In this document: piece by piece, positions 9,787 through 20,296 of the stretch
How positions within the stretch are numbered: the stretch's first letter is position 1
Layout of the letters: each line of letters opens with the position of its first letter
Assembly (NCBI GenBank): GCA_020445565.1
Contig: JAGRGI010000021.1
Coordinates: 4,089 to 68,088 of the forward strand
Direction: 5' to 3'
Source of the DNA: Chromatiales bacterium
Lineage (GTDB): Bacteria > Pseudomonadota > Gammaproteobacteria > JAGRCI01
DNA length: 64,000 nt
Program-made: the position numbers and the translations under genes
The notes under the pieces: generated by a model
Database searches by the model: none
Told to the model about the DNA's origin: nothing
What the model saw: the letters and a program-made list of their open reading frames with translations, nothing else

Positions 9787-10134
9787 CTACCGCTGGGGAT
9801 AGGGTACGGCCGGTCCCTGAGGAACGCCGTAACCTTGTGGCGCCATACCGGCGCCCGGGTATCCCATTCCGGGGTAGCCGTACGCCGGCATACCGTAACC
9901 GTTACCGGGATAACCATATCCATACCCCGGATAGCCATAGCCCTGGCCGGTACCGTAACCGTTACCGCGCCCGGACATCGACATGTTCATATCGCCCATC
10001 ATGTCGCCCATGCCATTGCCCATACCGTTCCATGGTCCGTTACCCCACCAGGCATTGGCGGCGGTGGCGACAAAGACGCCCGGTACGGCGATAGCAAGAG
10101 CGAAAACTTTATTGCGAAAATTGGAAATTGCCAT
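9787..10134 (-). CDS. Small secreted Gly/Tyr/Pro- and Met-rich low-complexity protein (sulfur-globule-protein-like composition, or Met-rich metal-binding)
   Basis: The signal peptide is MAISNFRNKVFALAIAVPGVFVATAANA. The mature part reads WWGNGPWNGMGNGMGDMMGDMNMSMSGRGNGYGTGQGYGYPGYGYGYPGNGYGMPAYGYPGMGYPG. The start is placed at the internal Met that gives a canonical signal peptide. Confidence 0.6.
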   Translation of the reverse strand: MAISNFRNKVFALAIAVPGVFVATAANAWWGNGPWNGMGNGMGDMMGDMNMSMSGRGNGYGTGQGYGYPGYGYGYPGNGYGMPAYGYPGMGYPGAGMAPQGYGVPQGPAVPYPQR

Positions 10135-10685
10135 CTGATCACTCCGAATCGTTTGCAAGAATGCCAGCAATCTCGACTCAGTCCAAACAACCGAATCGAA
10201 AAACTTATAGAGATATGCCCTATACCGGCACGTCCTGCGCTGGCCGCGAATTGAAACCTGCGTGCACCAATACGTCGGCTGGTAGGTGAACCTTTACCCA
10301 GACTAGCGGCAATACAAGATTGCATGAGTCACGCAGACGCGATCGGCCGCATTCCGACTTGTCTGGAAGCGCCATGCAGGCTTTGTGGAAATCGCCTGGC
10401 TGGGAGTTTCGAAACGGAGTAGGAAGGATGTCGAACAGACTCAACATACGCTTGTCTAGGCAACAGTACAAGCGGAGCAGGCAAAATCCCTTGGGCGACT
10501 GGCTTGCCTGCTATGGAGTCCCCAGCAATCGTTCAGCAGAAGGGCAATGAGGAAGGACTCGAAAGACCTCATCTCCAGCCACCGCAGATTCCCCTAAAAT
10601 CGGCTCTCAAACATTGGGAGCAATGTTTCAATTGGGAATGCCCTTGGAAAGGATTTTTGCCAACTTGACCGGCATACCCGACGGC

Positions 10686-12413
10686 TCATGCCTGCGCCGC
10701 GTCCGCTGCCACGGGGAGGTTGAGCTCAAACCAGAACTCCGAACCTTGATCGGGAACGCTTTCGACGCCGATCTGCCCACCCATGAGATGCACCAGTTTC
10801 GCCGCGATGGCCAAGCCCAGGCCCGCACCGCCGAATTCCCGGGTGTTGGTGTTATCGACCTGGGAAAACGGTTGAAACAGTTTGTCCTGCTTGTCCGTAG
10901 CGATACCGATTCCGGTGTCTCGGACGCCCAACCTCAGCCCGCTAAATCGTTCGTCTCCGACCAAGGAAGTGACCGACACCATGATTCGTCCGTGCCTGGT
11001 GAACTTGGCCGCGTTGTCCAATAATTTAATTAATATCAATTGGATACGCTTCGAATCTCCTAGAAATAGTCGAGGCAGATCGGGAGGATAGTGAAATTGA
11101 ACTTCGATTTCCCGGTCCCGCGTCCAGTTGACCAAAAGGTTGGTCACTTCGGCCACGCTAAGGTACAAATCGAAAGGCAGTTGGGCGAAAGACACTTCGC
11201 CAGTATCCAAACTGGAAACCTCCAGGACATCGTCGATCAGCGTTAGCAGCTTCTTACCGGACTGATGGATCAACTTGGCCCGGTGGTGTTGCTTGGGGTC
11301 TGAGGCGTCGCGCAGAAGAATATCGGAAACACCGAGAACGCCATTCAATGGTGTACGCAACTCATGACTCATGGTGGTCAGGAAGGCGCTCTTGGCGCGC
11401 AGGGCGGCCTCAGCCTCGGCCCTCGCCTGCAATAACTCCTTCTCGTAACTCCGACGTTGGGTGACTTCCCGCTCCAATTCCTGGTTTTTCATTTGCAGGG
11501 CTTGTTCCTGCCGTCTTGCTTCCTCAACATGGGCTTGCAGCACGCTATTGCGTGTGTACATCCGCACACCCGTCCAGGCGCCAAGGAAAATCAGCGCCGC
11601 CAGTACCACAAGAGCGACGCTGAACCAGCGCTCCGCGAACAAGGCGCTCAGACCGCTGGCAGAAAATCTTCCCAGGATTTCGAAGGGCGTGTCGGCAACC
11701 GCAACTCGCCCGACAATGCTCCCCTGCCCGGTCTGCCAGACGCCAACCTCGCCAGTGACCGTTTCCAAACCCTTGGGGTAGACATCGCCCGCAATGTGTA
11801 AAGCCACCTTGCCGGCAAGGGTCTCCGAGTCGGCGGCAATCAAACGTTCATGGGCCGGGCGGTAGTTGATCCAGGCCAGCAGGTGCCCGACAACCGCGTT
11901 CTTGTAGGCTATGGGCGTAGTCACAAGGACCTGCTTTCTGCCAGTATGCCCCAGCGCAAGCACCTGGGCGTCATTTGGATCAAGTGCGAGCCCTCCCGGC
12001 AACGTTTGTCCGGGTTTGGTATCGACAAGCACGTTGCCGTCCGGTTCGCGAAACACCAGACGCTCGTAGACCGGCTGCCCGGCGAACGGATGTCCCTTGA
12101 CCAGGTCCAGAAAGGCACGCCGCATCTTCAGCAGGCTGGCGCCCAGACCATATTGCAAGGACATGCCCAACGCGCGATTGGCAAAATAGGTGGTCACGGA
12201 ACGATGCTCGGCCATGGCGCCCAAGTCGTCCCTTCGAACACTGTAGAAATACGACAGAGCTGCGGCGCGTTTCTCCAGGCTCAACCGGTATTGCTCAAGA
12301 TCCGCGGCCTGCCGCGCCCGCTGTTCATATTGAGTGATCGCAAGCAGAAGCAGGACGTAGGCGAACAGCAGACTGCCAAGAACGATGGGTAGCCAACTCT
12401 TCGCCTTCGTCAT
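10686..12413 (-). CDS. Membrane sensor histidine kinase (periplasmic sensor, HisKA, HATPase_c; no receiver domain)
   Basis: An N-terminal TM segment is followed by a large periplasmic region and a second TM. The H-box is TMSHELRTPLNGVLG, and the G boxes are GGAGLGLAIAAKLVHLMGG. Confidence 0.85.
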   Translation of the reverse strand: MTKAKSWLPIVLGSLLFAYVLLLLAITQYEQRARQAADLEQYRLSLEKRAAALSYFYSVRRDDLGAMAEHRSVTTYFANRALGMSLQYGLGASLLKMRRAFLDLVKGHPFAGQPVYERLVFREPDGNVLVDTKPGQTLPGGLALDPNDAQVLALGHTGRKQVLVTTPIAYKNAVVGHLLAWINYRPAHERLIAADSETLAGKVALHIAGDVYPKGLETVTGEVGVWQTGQGSIVGRVAVADTPFEILGRFSASGLSALFAERWFSVALVVLAALIFLGAWTGVRMYTRNSVLQAHVEEARRQEQALQMKNQELEREVTQRRSYEKELLQARAEAEAALRAKSAFLTTMSHELRTPLNGVLGVSDILLRDASDPKQHHRAKLIHQSGKKLLTLIDDVLEVSSLDTGEVSFAQLPFDLYLSVAEVTNLLVNWTRDREIEVQFHYPPDLPRLFLGDSKRIQLILIKLLDNAAKFTRHGRIMVSVTSLVGDERFSGLRLGVRDTGIGIATDKQDKLFQPFSQVDNTNTREFGGAGLGLAIAAKLVHLMGGQIGVESVPDQGSEFWFELNLPVAADAAQA

Positions 12414-12426
12414 GCCGGGGCGTCAG

Positions 12427-13317
12427 TCAGTTGGCGAAAAATTCGGGAAAGTGCAGAAATACCGCAGGGTAGTATTTCTCCACCAACTCCATGTATTGCC
12501 CGCCATAACGGAAACCTTCGAACCACTCATTGAAGGCAGCCCGCAATTTCGGCGAGTCCTTTGAGAATGCCACCGCCATGTCCTGACTACCGGAAACAGG
12601 TCCGATTACTTTGATCTCCCCCGGCCATTTCTCCAGGGCGATCAAAGCATCCGGGACGTCCAGCAAGGTGGTTTCCGCCATGCCGTCGAGGATCGCCGGA
12701 GCCATCTCGTTGAGCTTTCGTCCTTTTCCAAGCAAACGCACGTCCGCGCCGGTGTCGGAAACCTTGTAGAGGTTGGGGTCCAGGCAGGTGCTGGCCAAGG
12801 CAAGAACGCTACGACCGTTCATCCCGGTCTTTACCAATCCGATATCTCCGTTCAAGCTGCCCGTGGGTTTGATGGGTTGCAAGAGGGAATCAGATCGTGC
12901 CATCAGCCATACCCCGCTGGGGAAGGTGGGTGTGGAGAAATCCACCAGCTCCTGACGCCAAGGGAGGATTGTCATACCGTTGGCTATCAGGTCTCCACGA
13001 ACATCGGTGGACGCCAACAGTTCGGCATGACCGTCCGTACCACGCTGCGCGTGGCGACCATTGAGATCACCGAACACCCGGTTCCAGTCCGTGGACACGT
13101 ATTCGTAACGAACCCCCAGGTGCCTGGCGAAGGATTGGATCAATTCCACGTCCATACCGTCGCCGCTGCCGGTGACGAAATTGGCATAGGGTATGCCCAA
13201 ATGGCGCAGCACACCCGCGGAAAGCACTTCGTCCAGTTCCCTGGCCGCAGCGTCGTTGGTGAACATCAGCAATCCGAACAGCCCTGTTAGCATACGTCGC
13301 AGAATCATCTTTCTCAC
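12427..13317 (-). CDS. Periplasmic solute-binding protein (family-3 SBP-like), co-transcribed with the sensor kinase
   Basis: 296 aa with a signal peptide. It ends 13 bp before the kinase start, and the domain pattern is SBP_bac_3-like. Confidence 0.7.
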   Translation of the reverse strand: MRKMILRRMLTGLFGLLMFTNDAAARELDEVLSAGVLRHLGIPYANFVTGSGDGMDVELIQSFARHLGVRYEYVSTDWNRVFGDLNGRHAQRGTDGHAELLASTDVRGDLIANGMTILPWRQELVDFSTPTFPSGVWLMARSDSLLQPIKPTGSLNGDIGLVKTGMNGRSVLALASTCLDPNLYKVSDTGADVRLLGKGRKLNEMAPAILDGMAETTLLDVPDALIALEKWPGEIKVIGPVSGSQDMAVAFSKDSPKLRAAFNEWFEGFRYGGQYMELVEKYYPAVFLHFPEFFAN

Positions 13318-13693
13318 AATCTACCCCCAGGTGGACTCAATAAAGCTTATGAGCGAAAGAGACACTCCGCACGACCTATCGCGAAGCGACGTTTTCGTAT
13401 CCCTAATCTCTATGGAACAATGGGAATAATCGACTTTAGGAAGAGAAACTGAAGGGGAATACCTGCCGCAGAAAAGAGCGACTTAAAAGCTGTCCGTAGC
13501 GGTCGGTCTGTCATCACAATGCGGGATTCGCGGCGTGTCCGCCATGCGGCGACACGGTGCTTACCCAGGGCTTGTGGGTTGGAAGTCTGCCGGGAACTAC
13601 CCGCATCCACAGCGCCTACAGACAAGAAGATAGACTATTTTTCGACAATGAATTTCCTACTGCCCGTGCGAACCACCATGCCACGAGGAATGC

Positions 13694-14524
13694 ATGACGG
13701 ACGAAACCGTGCTTCACTACAGTCAGCTCACACTTCTTGTGATGGTGGCCGGTTTTTTCGCCGTTGCCCTGTGGGAATCCTTTCGCCCGTGTCGGCAACC
13801 GACGCAGCCTACGCCAAAGCGCTGGCTGCTCAACTTTTCGCTCTATGCCTTTGGCCTTTTGGGTTACCGCTGGTTGCTCCCCTTGAGTTACCTGGCTGCC
13901 GCCATTCTGGCCAGGCAACAAGGCTGGGGAGTGTTTCAACAGGTGCAGGTCCATCCCGTTGCGGCGTTTCTGATGACCCTGCTTGCCATCGACCTGTTGC
14001 GTTACGGGTTTCACCGGCTGCTGCACAACAATGCCTTGCTATGGCGCTTTCACGCCGTACACCATTCCGATCCCGATTACGATCTGACCCTGAGCCTGCG
14101 ATTCCATCCCATCGAATCGCTGCTGTTGTGGTACTGCACCCTGGGGTTGATTCTTCTGCTGGGTGCCCCCCCTCTGGCTGTTTTGATCATTGACGCGCTA
14201 TCGCTGCTCAACGGCCAGTTCACCCACGGCAACATTCGCCTTCCCCCAGCACTGGACACCGCGTTGCGTTGGCTGCTGGTGACGCCGAACATGCATCGGA
14301 TTCACCATTCCAAGATTCAGTCAGAGACTGACTCCAACTATGGCAGCCTGTTCAGCTTTTGGGATCGCTGGTTCGGGTCCTACACAAAAACGGCCCACTG
14401 CCCTCTGCAGGATCTTCCCATCGGACTGTCCCAGGTGCCGCCCGCGTCGGCTATGAATCTGGGCAAACTCATTGCCGATCCATTTCGCCGTCAGTCTTCA
14501 TCCGTGCAAACGAGGCAGTCATGA
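13694..14524 (+). CDS. Fatty-acid hydroxylase / sterol-desaturase-family membrane protein
   Basis: The histidine boxes are HRLLHNN, HAVHHSDPDYD and HRIHHS. It is a multi-TM protein. Confidence 0.8.
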   Translation: MTDETVLHYSQLTLLVMVAGFFAVALWESFRPCRQPTQPTPKRWLLNFSLYAFGLLGYRWLLPLSYLAAAILARQQGWGVFQQVQVHPVAAFLMTLLAIDLLRYGFHRLLHNNALLWRFHAVHHSDPDYDLTLSLRFHPIESLLLWYCTLGLILLLGAPPLAVLIIDALSLLNGQFTHGNIRLPPALDTALRWLLVTPNMHRIHHSKIQSETDSNYGSLFSFWDRWFGSYTKTAHCPLQDLPIGLSQVPPASAMNLGKLIADPFRRQSSSVQTRQS

Positions 14525-15561
14525 GTCATCGAACAAAACTGCTCCTGGTCCTGCTCTTCCTGTGCGGACCATTGGAGGGCATTGCTCAGGATCGCCTCCT
14601 GGTAGTCAACAAGAGCGGCGCCAGCGTGAGCATTCTGGACCTGGCAAGCGGCCGCGCAGCCAAGACCATCCCTACGGGCGACGGCCCCCACGAAATCGCC
14701 ATCAGTCCGGACGGACGCACCGTCGCGGTTGCCAACTACGGCCCCGCCGGACAACCCGGCAACTCCCTCACCCTGTTTTCCGCAGATCCACCGCATCAAA
14801 CCAGGACATTGGTCCTTTCCCCCTGGTCCCGGCCTCACGGTATGGCCTGGTTGCCGGACAGCCGTGGCCTGTTGGTTACCAGCGAAACCGCAGCCAAGCT
14901 TCTGCTTGTCGACACCGAGGCCGACAGGGTGACAGCCGCCATCGACACCGGACAATCCCTTTCACACATGGTGGCCCTGGATGCCCAACGCAACATGGCC
15001 TATGTCGCCAATATCGTCAGCGGCTCTGTTTCAGTGATCGACCTGCGCCAGCAAGTACTTAGGCAAATCATTCAAAGCGGTGGCGGTTCGGAAGGCGTCG
15101 CCGTCTCACCCCGCAATGGGGAAATCTGGGTAAGTAATCGCGATGACGATACCGTATCGATTCTGGAGCCGGACAGCCTACGCATTCGCGACACACTGAC
15201 CACCGGCGCCATGCCGGTGCGCGTCGCGTTCTCGCCGGGCGGCGATCGCGCCTATGTCACCAATGCGAAGGGCAACAGCCTGAGTGTATTCGACACGGCC
15301 AGCCGCGAGTTGCTGGCCGGGGTCGATCTCAGCGGTTACTACGCCCTGGGCAGCGGCCGTTGGATGGGAGGAGGATTCGGTTTCAATACCTTCCCCATTG
15401 GCGTTGTCGCATCCGCCGATGGCAAGAAAGTCTACGTGTCCAACAGCTACGGCGGTGTCGTGCTGGAGCTGGACACTGAAAAGCTGACGATAATACGGGA
15501 ACTGACGGCGGGGAAGGAGCCCGACGGTTTGGCCTACCGGCCTCAACCATCCGGCCCCTGA
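14521..15561 (+). CDS. Secreted YVTN-family beta-propeller repeat protein
   Basis: The start is set at the internal Met MSHRTKLLLVLLFLCGPLEGIAQ, a signal peptide, which overlaps the hydroxylase stop by 4 bp. It has the repeated YVAN/YVTN...S.S.ID motifs. Confidence 0.75.
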   Translation: MSHRTKLLLVLLFLCGPLEGIAQDRLLVVNKSGASVSILDLASGRAAKTIPTGDGPHEIAISPDGRTVAVANYGPAGQPGNSLTLFSADPPHQTRTLVLSPWSRPHGMAWLPDSRGLLVTSETAAKLLLVDTEADRVTAAIDTGQSLSHMVALDAQRNMAYVANIVSGSVSVIDLRQQVLRQIIQSGGGSEGVAVSPRNGEIWVSNRDDDTVSILEPDSLRIRDTLTTGAMPVRVAFSPGGDRAYVTNAKGNSLSVFDTASRELLAGVDLSGYYALGSGRWMGGGFGFNTFPIGVVASADGKKVYVSNSYGGVVLELDTEKLTIIRELTAGKEPDGLAYRPQPSGP

Positions 15562-15569
15562 TATTCCGC

Positions 15570-15740
15570 CTATTTGCGCTTCATCCGGATCGCGATCACG
15601 CCGGCCAGCCCGGCAAGCACGGCAAGCCCCAGCAGGCCCCAACTGTCCAAGGCCGGTACCGCGGTAGGAACCGTGGCAGAGGCGGTACCGCTGAGCAAGG
15701 CACCCGCCAAAAAGAGAAAATGAGTGGCTCGATTCAACAT
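15570..15740 (-). CDS. 56-aa ORF consisting of a signal peptide followed directly by an IPTL-CTERM-like sorting signal (absent from the ORF track because it is <60 aa)
   Basis: My own translation is MLNRATHFLFLAGALLSGTASATVPTAVPALDSWGLLGLAVLAGLAGVIAIRMKRK. Its tail resembles the C-terminus of the 34200..35054 protein (VPVPTLGEWTRIGLALLLATFGILALASRRKL). Confidence 0.35.
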   Translation of the reverse strand: MLNRATHFLFLAGALLSGTASATVPTAVPALDSWGLLGLAVLAGLAGVIAIRMKRK

Positions 15741-15919
15741 GGGATTCGTTCTCGCTGAGTGGGTTTGGACAACGGTCGCGCTAGCAGTATAGTCGGTAAA
15801 TAACCTTTGCCGCGGTAAAGTATCCCACTCATCGCGCCGATAGGCTCACAAGCGATGGAACGCAGAACCCATTCAGGCGGGACCTTTGCGCGCCGCCCAT
15901 CCTTGCCCGGGGGGCCACT

Positions 15920-17029
15920 GTGTACCTGAGCTACTCCTCGCCTGAACAGATCGTATCGGCACTTCAGAAAGCCAACGCTGCGCAGGTAGACGCGCTGTGG
16001 CTGCTGTGTGTCGCCGACAGCCATGGTGGACAATTGCCATCGTTGCTGACGGAACTGAAACAAGCCGGGATACGGGTTTTTGGTGGTCTGTTCCCCGGCC
16101 TGATCTACGGCGAAGAGGTCAAGCATGAAGGCATCCTCGCCATTGCGCTGCCCACCGAAAGCCAAATACTGATCGCCGACCTGAATACCGGCGGCATAGA
16201 GTGGCGAGAACAGCCACCGGCCCTGACGGACCCGGTCGGGCAAACCTCCTCTTTATTGCTTCTCGACTGCCTGGCACCCAACATTACCGCCTTCATGGAA
16301 GAGGTATACAATCGCTATGGCAACCAACTTGTGCACTACGGCGCCGGCGCCGGTTACCACGACCTGCGGCAACAACCTCCTTTGTTTACGGAACACGGGA
16401 TGTTTCGAAACGCGGCGATGATGGCGTTGATCCCAAGGCGCGCCACGGTGCGGGTACGCCACGGCTGGAGCCGCGTCGCAGGACCCTTCGTGGCCTCGCG
16501 TACGAAAGGCAACATCATCCAGGAACTCAATTGGGAACCCGCGGCCACGTTCTACCGCCGCGAGGTGGAAGGGCAAAACCCCGACTACGCCGGCAGGCCG
16601 GTGTTTCCGGACATCAACTCCGTCTATCCCTTGTGTATTGCCAAGGAAGGTGGCGAGGATGTGATGCGCGACCCGATCGGGCAGACCGATGCGGATGAGA
16701 TCGTGGTTCTGTCCGATGTCGCCGAAAACTCCGTCATGTATCTGGCCCACGGCGACCATGATTCCCTGATCGGTGCCGCCGCTCAGGCTATAGCCGATTG
16801 CGCCGCACCTGACGATGTCGCGTTCTGCTTTATCTCCGACTGTTTTTCGCGGGTACTCAAACTGGGGGACACCTTCACCGAGGAACTGCGATCGGCCTGC
16901 AACGGTCTGCGCCGCTTCACCGATGCCAAACCCGAAGGGGTTCTGGCCTTGGGCGAGGTCGCCACCCACGGAGGCCAGTACCTCGAACTGTTCAACAAAA
17001 CCTTCGTTGTCGCCCTGAGCCACCGCTGA
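15920..17029 (+). CDS. FIST-domain sensory protein
   Basis: 369 aa. The FIST N/C pattern is present (…[18 protein letters not shown]… …[22 protein letters not shown]…). It ends 5 bp before the hybrid kinase. Confidence 0.75.
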   Translation: MYLSYSSPEQIVSALQKANAAQVDALWLLCVADSHGGQLPSLLTELKQAGIRVFGGLFPGLIYGEEVKHEGILAIALPTESQILIADLNTGGIEWREQPPALTDPVGQTSSLLLLDCLAPNITAFMEEVYNRYGNQLVHYGAGAGYHDLRQQPPLFTEHGMFRNAAMMALIPRRATVRVRHGWSRVAGPFVASRTKGNIIQELNWEPAATFYRREVEGQNPDYAGRPVFPDINSVYPLCIAKEGGEDVMRDPIGQTDADEIVVLSDVAENSVMYLAHGDHDSLIGAAAQAIADCAAPDDVAFCFISDCFSRVLKLGDTFTEELRSACNGLRRFTDAKPEGVLALGEVATHGGQYLELFNKTFVVALSHR

Positions 17030-17033
17030 GATC

Positions 17034-19181
17034 GTGGAACGCAATGAACCCAACATCCAGGAAGAGTTGCTCCTGCTCTACGAGCTGTCGCTCAGTGTCG
17101 GCCAAACCCTGGACCCTGATACCACCTGTAGGGAATTTCTTCGTGTTCTCATGGCCAAGCGCAATCTGGTCGGCGCTTCGATCTGGTGGCGGGCAAACGA
17201 CGAAGGCGCCGCCTCGGACCTGCGGCTGCTGCACGGCATTCCCCGCGCCCAGATTCTCTTCGAGCGCCTTTCTCCCGGCCATCCGCTGTGCCTCCTGGCT
17301 GCCAGCGGCAGGCCCCATTCCCGTACCGGTTCCGACCCTGGTTTTGACGAGTACGACATCGGCGACCTGATACCCGGTGGCAGTTGGGCGGTGTACCCAC
17401 TGGGAAGTGAGGGTATATTGCTGATGAGTTCGCCCTCCGCCAGTCTATTCACCCCCAGGATGCTCGGCCAACTCCGATCGGTGACCAACAAGCTGACCAC
17501 CGCCCTGCAGGGCAGTCTGGCCTACGCCCGCTTGCGCGAATCCGAAGCCACTCTGCGCGAACGCTCTCGTCAACTTGACGATTCCCGGCGCCTGCTGCAA
17601 GCCGTCATCGACACCGCCCCCCTGCGCATTTACTGGAAGGACCGGAATTCGAGATACCTTGGCTGCAACCCACCTTTTGCCCGGGATGCCGGCAAGAACC
17701 ATCCAGGAGAACTCATCGGCAAAGGCGACGAGGACATGTTCTGGAAGGAACAGGCCGAGTTGCATCGAAGCGATGATCGCAACATCATCGAAGGCGGTCA
17801 GCCACGACTCGACCGGGAAGAACCCCGCACGACCGGGTCCGGCAAGCCGGTGTGGCTGAGCACCTCCAAGGTCCCATTGCGTGACAGTCAGGGACAGATC
17901 GTCGGGGTGCTCGGGCTTTACGAAGACATCACGGCACGTAAACTCGCGCAGATGGAATTGGAACGCTATCGCTCGCAATTGGAGCAACGGGTAGAGGAGC
18001 GCACCCGGCAACTGGCCGAGGCCAAGGAGGCTGCGGAGATCGCCAACGTGGCCAAAAGCGCCTTTCTCACCAATATGTCCCATGAGATCCGCACACCGCT
18101 GAATGCGATTCTGGGTATGGCGCATCTGGTGCGCCGATCCGGCGTCAACCCCCAGCAGGATGCCCGGTTGACCAAGCTCGAAGCGGCCGGCGAGCACCTT
18201 TTGGGCGTCATCAATGCGATTCTCGACCTCTCCAAGATCGAAGCCGGCAAATTCGAGCTGCGACGCGAGCCGGTGGACTTCCCCGCCATGCTCGATGAGG
18301 TGCGTGCCCTGATAAGCGCCAACCTGGATCAGAAACCCATCGCGTTGCGGATAGACACCCAGCCCCCGCCCTGCCCCTTGCTTGGGGACGCAACCCGTAT
18401 ACGGCAAGCCCTGCTCAACTATTTGTCCAACGCCGCCAAGTTTACCGAGGCGGGTCTCATTGACGTTGGCATTCGCTACACGCCCCAGCAAGACGGCAGC
18501 GTCGACGTGAGATTCGAGGTTCGCGACACCGGTGTCGGTATCGCGCCGGAGATCATGCCCAGGCTGTTCCGCGCCTTTGAGCAGGCTGACAATTCCACCA
18601 CGCGTCGGTATGGCGGAACGGGGCTCGGTCTGGCAATTACGCGAAAACTCGCACGGCTGATGGGTGGCGATGCCGGTGCCGACAGCCGCTTGGGCAGCGG
18701 TAGCACATTCTGGTTTTCGGTACGGCTGGAAAAATCCCAGGTCGAGATTCGGGAAAGCGAACCGCTTCGCGATTCTCCTGCGTCAATACTCGCCAGGGGT
18801 TACGACCATCATCGGATTCTGCTGGTCGAAGACGAGCCGCTCAACCGCGAGATCATCCATGCCTTTTTGCTCGAAGCCGACCTGACCCCGCGTATTGCCG
18901 AGGACGGCTTGCAGGCCCTGCAGATTGCCGGCAGCGAAAACTTCGACTTGATTCTGATGGACATGCAGATGCCGCGAATGGACGGCGTCAATGCTACCCG
19001 CGCCATCCGCGCCCTGCCCGGCTATCAACGAACCCCCATCATCGCCCTCACGGCCAACGCCTTCGACGAAGACCGTCAGTTGTGCCTGGAAGCAGGCATG
19101 AACGACTTCCTCACGAAACCGGTGAAGGCCCGCCGGCTCTACGAAACCATTCTGCGCTGGCTGAGCGAACCGCAAGAATAG
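17034..19181 (+). CDS. Hybrid sensor histidine kinase (PAS, HisKA, HATPase_c, C-terminal receiver)
   Basis: The PAS region is around [33 protein letters not shown]. The H-box is [15 protein letters not shown], and the ATP-binding domain has [19 protein letters not shown]. The receiver reads [14 protein letters not shown]...[14 protein letters not shown]. Confidence 0.9.
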   Translation: MERNEPNIQEELLLLYELSLSVGQTLDPDTTCREFLRVLMAKRNLVGASIWWRANDEGAASDLRLLHGIPRAQILFERLSPGHPLCLLAASGRPHSRTGSDPGFDEYDIGDLIPGGSWAVYPLGSEGILLMSSPSASLFTPRMLGQLRSVTNKLTTALQGSLAYARLRESEATLRERSRQLDDSRRLLQAVIDTAPLRIYWKDRNSRYLGCNPPFARDAGKNHPGELIGKGDEDMFWKEQAELHRSDDRNIIEGGQPRLDREEPRTTGSGKPVWLSTSKVPLRDSQGQIVGVLGLYEDITARKLAQMELERYRSQLEQRVEERTRQLAEAKEAAEIANVAKSAFLTNMSHEIRTPLNAILGMAHLVRRSGVNPQQDARLTKLEAAGEHLLGVINAILDLSKIEAGKFELRREPVDFPAMLDEVRALISANLDQKPIALRIDTQPPPCPLLGDATRIRQALLNYLSNAAKFTEAGLIDVGIRYTPQQDGSVDVRFEVRDTGVGIAPEIMPRLFRAFEQADNSTTRRYGGTGLGLAITRKLARLMGGDAGADSRLGSGSTFWFSVRLEKSQVEIRESEPLRDSPASILARGYDHHRILLVEDEPLNREIIHAFLLEADLTPRIAEDGLQALQIAGSENFDLILMDMQMPRMDGVNATRAIRALPGYQRTPIIALTANAFDEDRQLCLEAGMNDFLTKPVKARRLYETILRWLSEPQE

Positions 19182-19192
19182 CGTCGCGGCGT

Positions 19193-19981
19193 TCAGCTCC
19201 CGCTTAGGCGGAACACGATAGGTATCTCCACCGCGGCCGTCACGACACGCTCCCCCCGCCTCGCCGGCTGAAAATGCCATCGCTCAACGGCCTCCAACGC
19301 CGCCTGATCGAACAGAGAATAACCACTGGAGCGCACGATCTCCACGCGTTCGCAGCGTCCTTGAATGTCCACTGCCGCACGCACCAATACCTTACCCTCG
19401 ATACCTCGTCGGCGAAGTGAGCGCGGGTAGGTCGGGGCCTGGTTGGCCGAGTATCCCTCGACCACGCGTGGCGGTTGGAACGGCTCGGTAAGGGCTGCGG
19501 CGGTGGCAGGCCGGGCTTCGATTGGTGGTGAGGAAACCGCTGGCAGTGCCGGGGGAAAAGGTTCAACCACTGCCCGAGCCGACGGTTTTGCCGGCGCTGG
19601 CGCCGGCGTTGGCGCCTTCACTTCGTTTGCTGTCGCGGTGGCACGAGGCACCGCGATCCTGGATGGCCGACGCATCGCTGATTCATTCTCCAAAGCATTA
19701 CCGGCTTGTTTTTTCTCAGGCTGGGCTGGCTTCGTCTGCGACTCCATGACAGGCCGTTGGTCAGCCTGGGCAGGGGGCGTGGAAGGGGCAACATCCACCG
19801 CATTGGCGCTTCGCGTTTCTCTAATGACCGGCAATACCGGCGGGCGAAGTTGCACCACCAGAACAGGCGGAATAACCGCTGGCACAGGCGTTTCATCCGC
19901 GTGCCGCCCATAGAGCAAGCTCGCGCCGTGAATCGACAACGCCAACAGCAGGGGAAGGAACCAACGTCGAAATTCGACCAT
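19193..19981 (-). CDS. TonB-family energy-transducer-like protein (N-terminal TM, Pro-rich spacer, TonB C-terminal domain)
   Basis: The C-terminus reads YPRSLRRRGIEGKVLVRAAVDIQGRCERVEIVRSSGYSLFDQAALEAVERWHFQP, which is TonB_C-like. The start is chosen at MVEFRRWFLPLLLALSIHG, just before the TM segment. Confidence 0.6.
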   Translation of the reverse strand: MVEFRRWFLPLLLALSIHGASLLYGRHADETPVPAVIPPVLVVQLRPPVLPVIRETRSANAVDVAPSTPPAQADQRPVMESQTKPAQPEKKQAGNALENESAMRRPSRIAVPRATATANEVKAPTPAPAPAKPSARAVVEPFPPALPAVSSPPIEARPATAAALTEPFQPPRVVEGYSANQAPTYPRSLRRRGIEGKVLVRAAVDIQGRCERVEIVRSSGYSLFDQAALEAVERWHFQPARRGERVVTAAVEIPIVFRLSGS

Positions 19982-20296
19982 AGGATGAGTCGCCCATGAC
20001 TGATCTACATCGTCGCGTGCGATCATACCCGCCGAGAATCTTAATGGCACCGGGTAACGGTTCTGCAGCCTCACGGCGCCAACCATCACCGTTCATCGCG
20101 GTTACGGAGGGATTGCCGGGACCCAGGGGCGAGGTGAGGTGAGGTGAGGTGCCCCACTGTAGCAGCATGGGCTCAAGCCAAAGCTCCCATTGCATCCTGG
20201 TATTCACCTCCCTGTGAGGGGATTCAACCATACCCTGGCGGAATGACGGTGCAACGGAACGGCCCCGATGTGACGCCGCCGATACCGTTCAAACAA

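Noticed and set aside
20131-20151. (GAGGT)x4 microsatellite
   Set aside because: It is a short simple repeat in an intergenic region with no partner repeats, too small to call a functional element.
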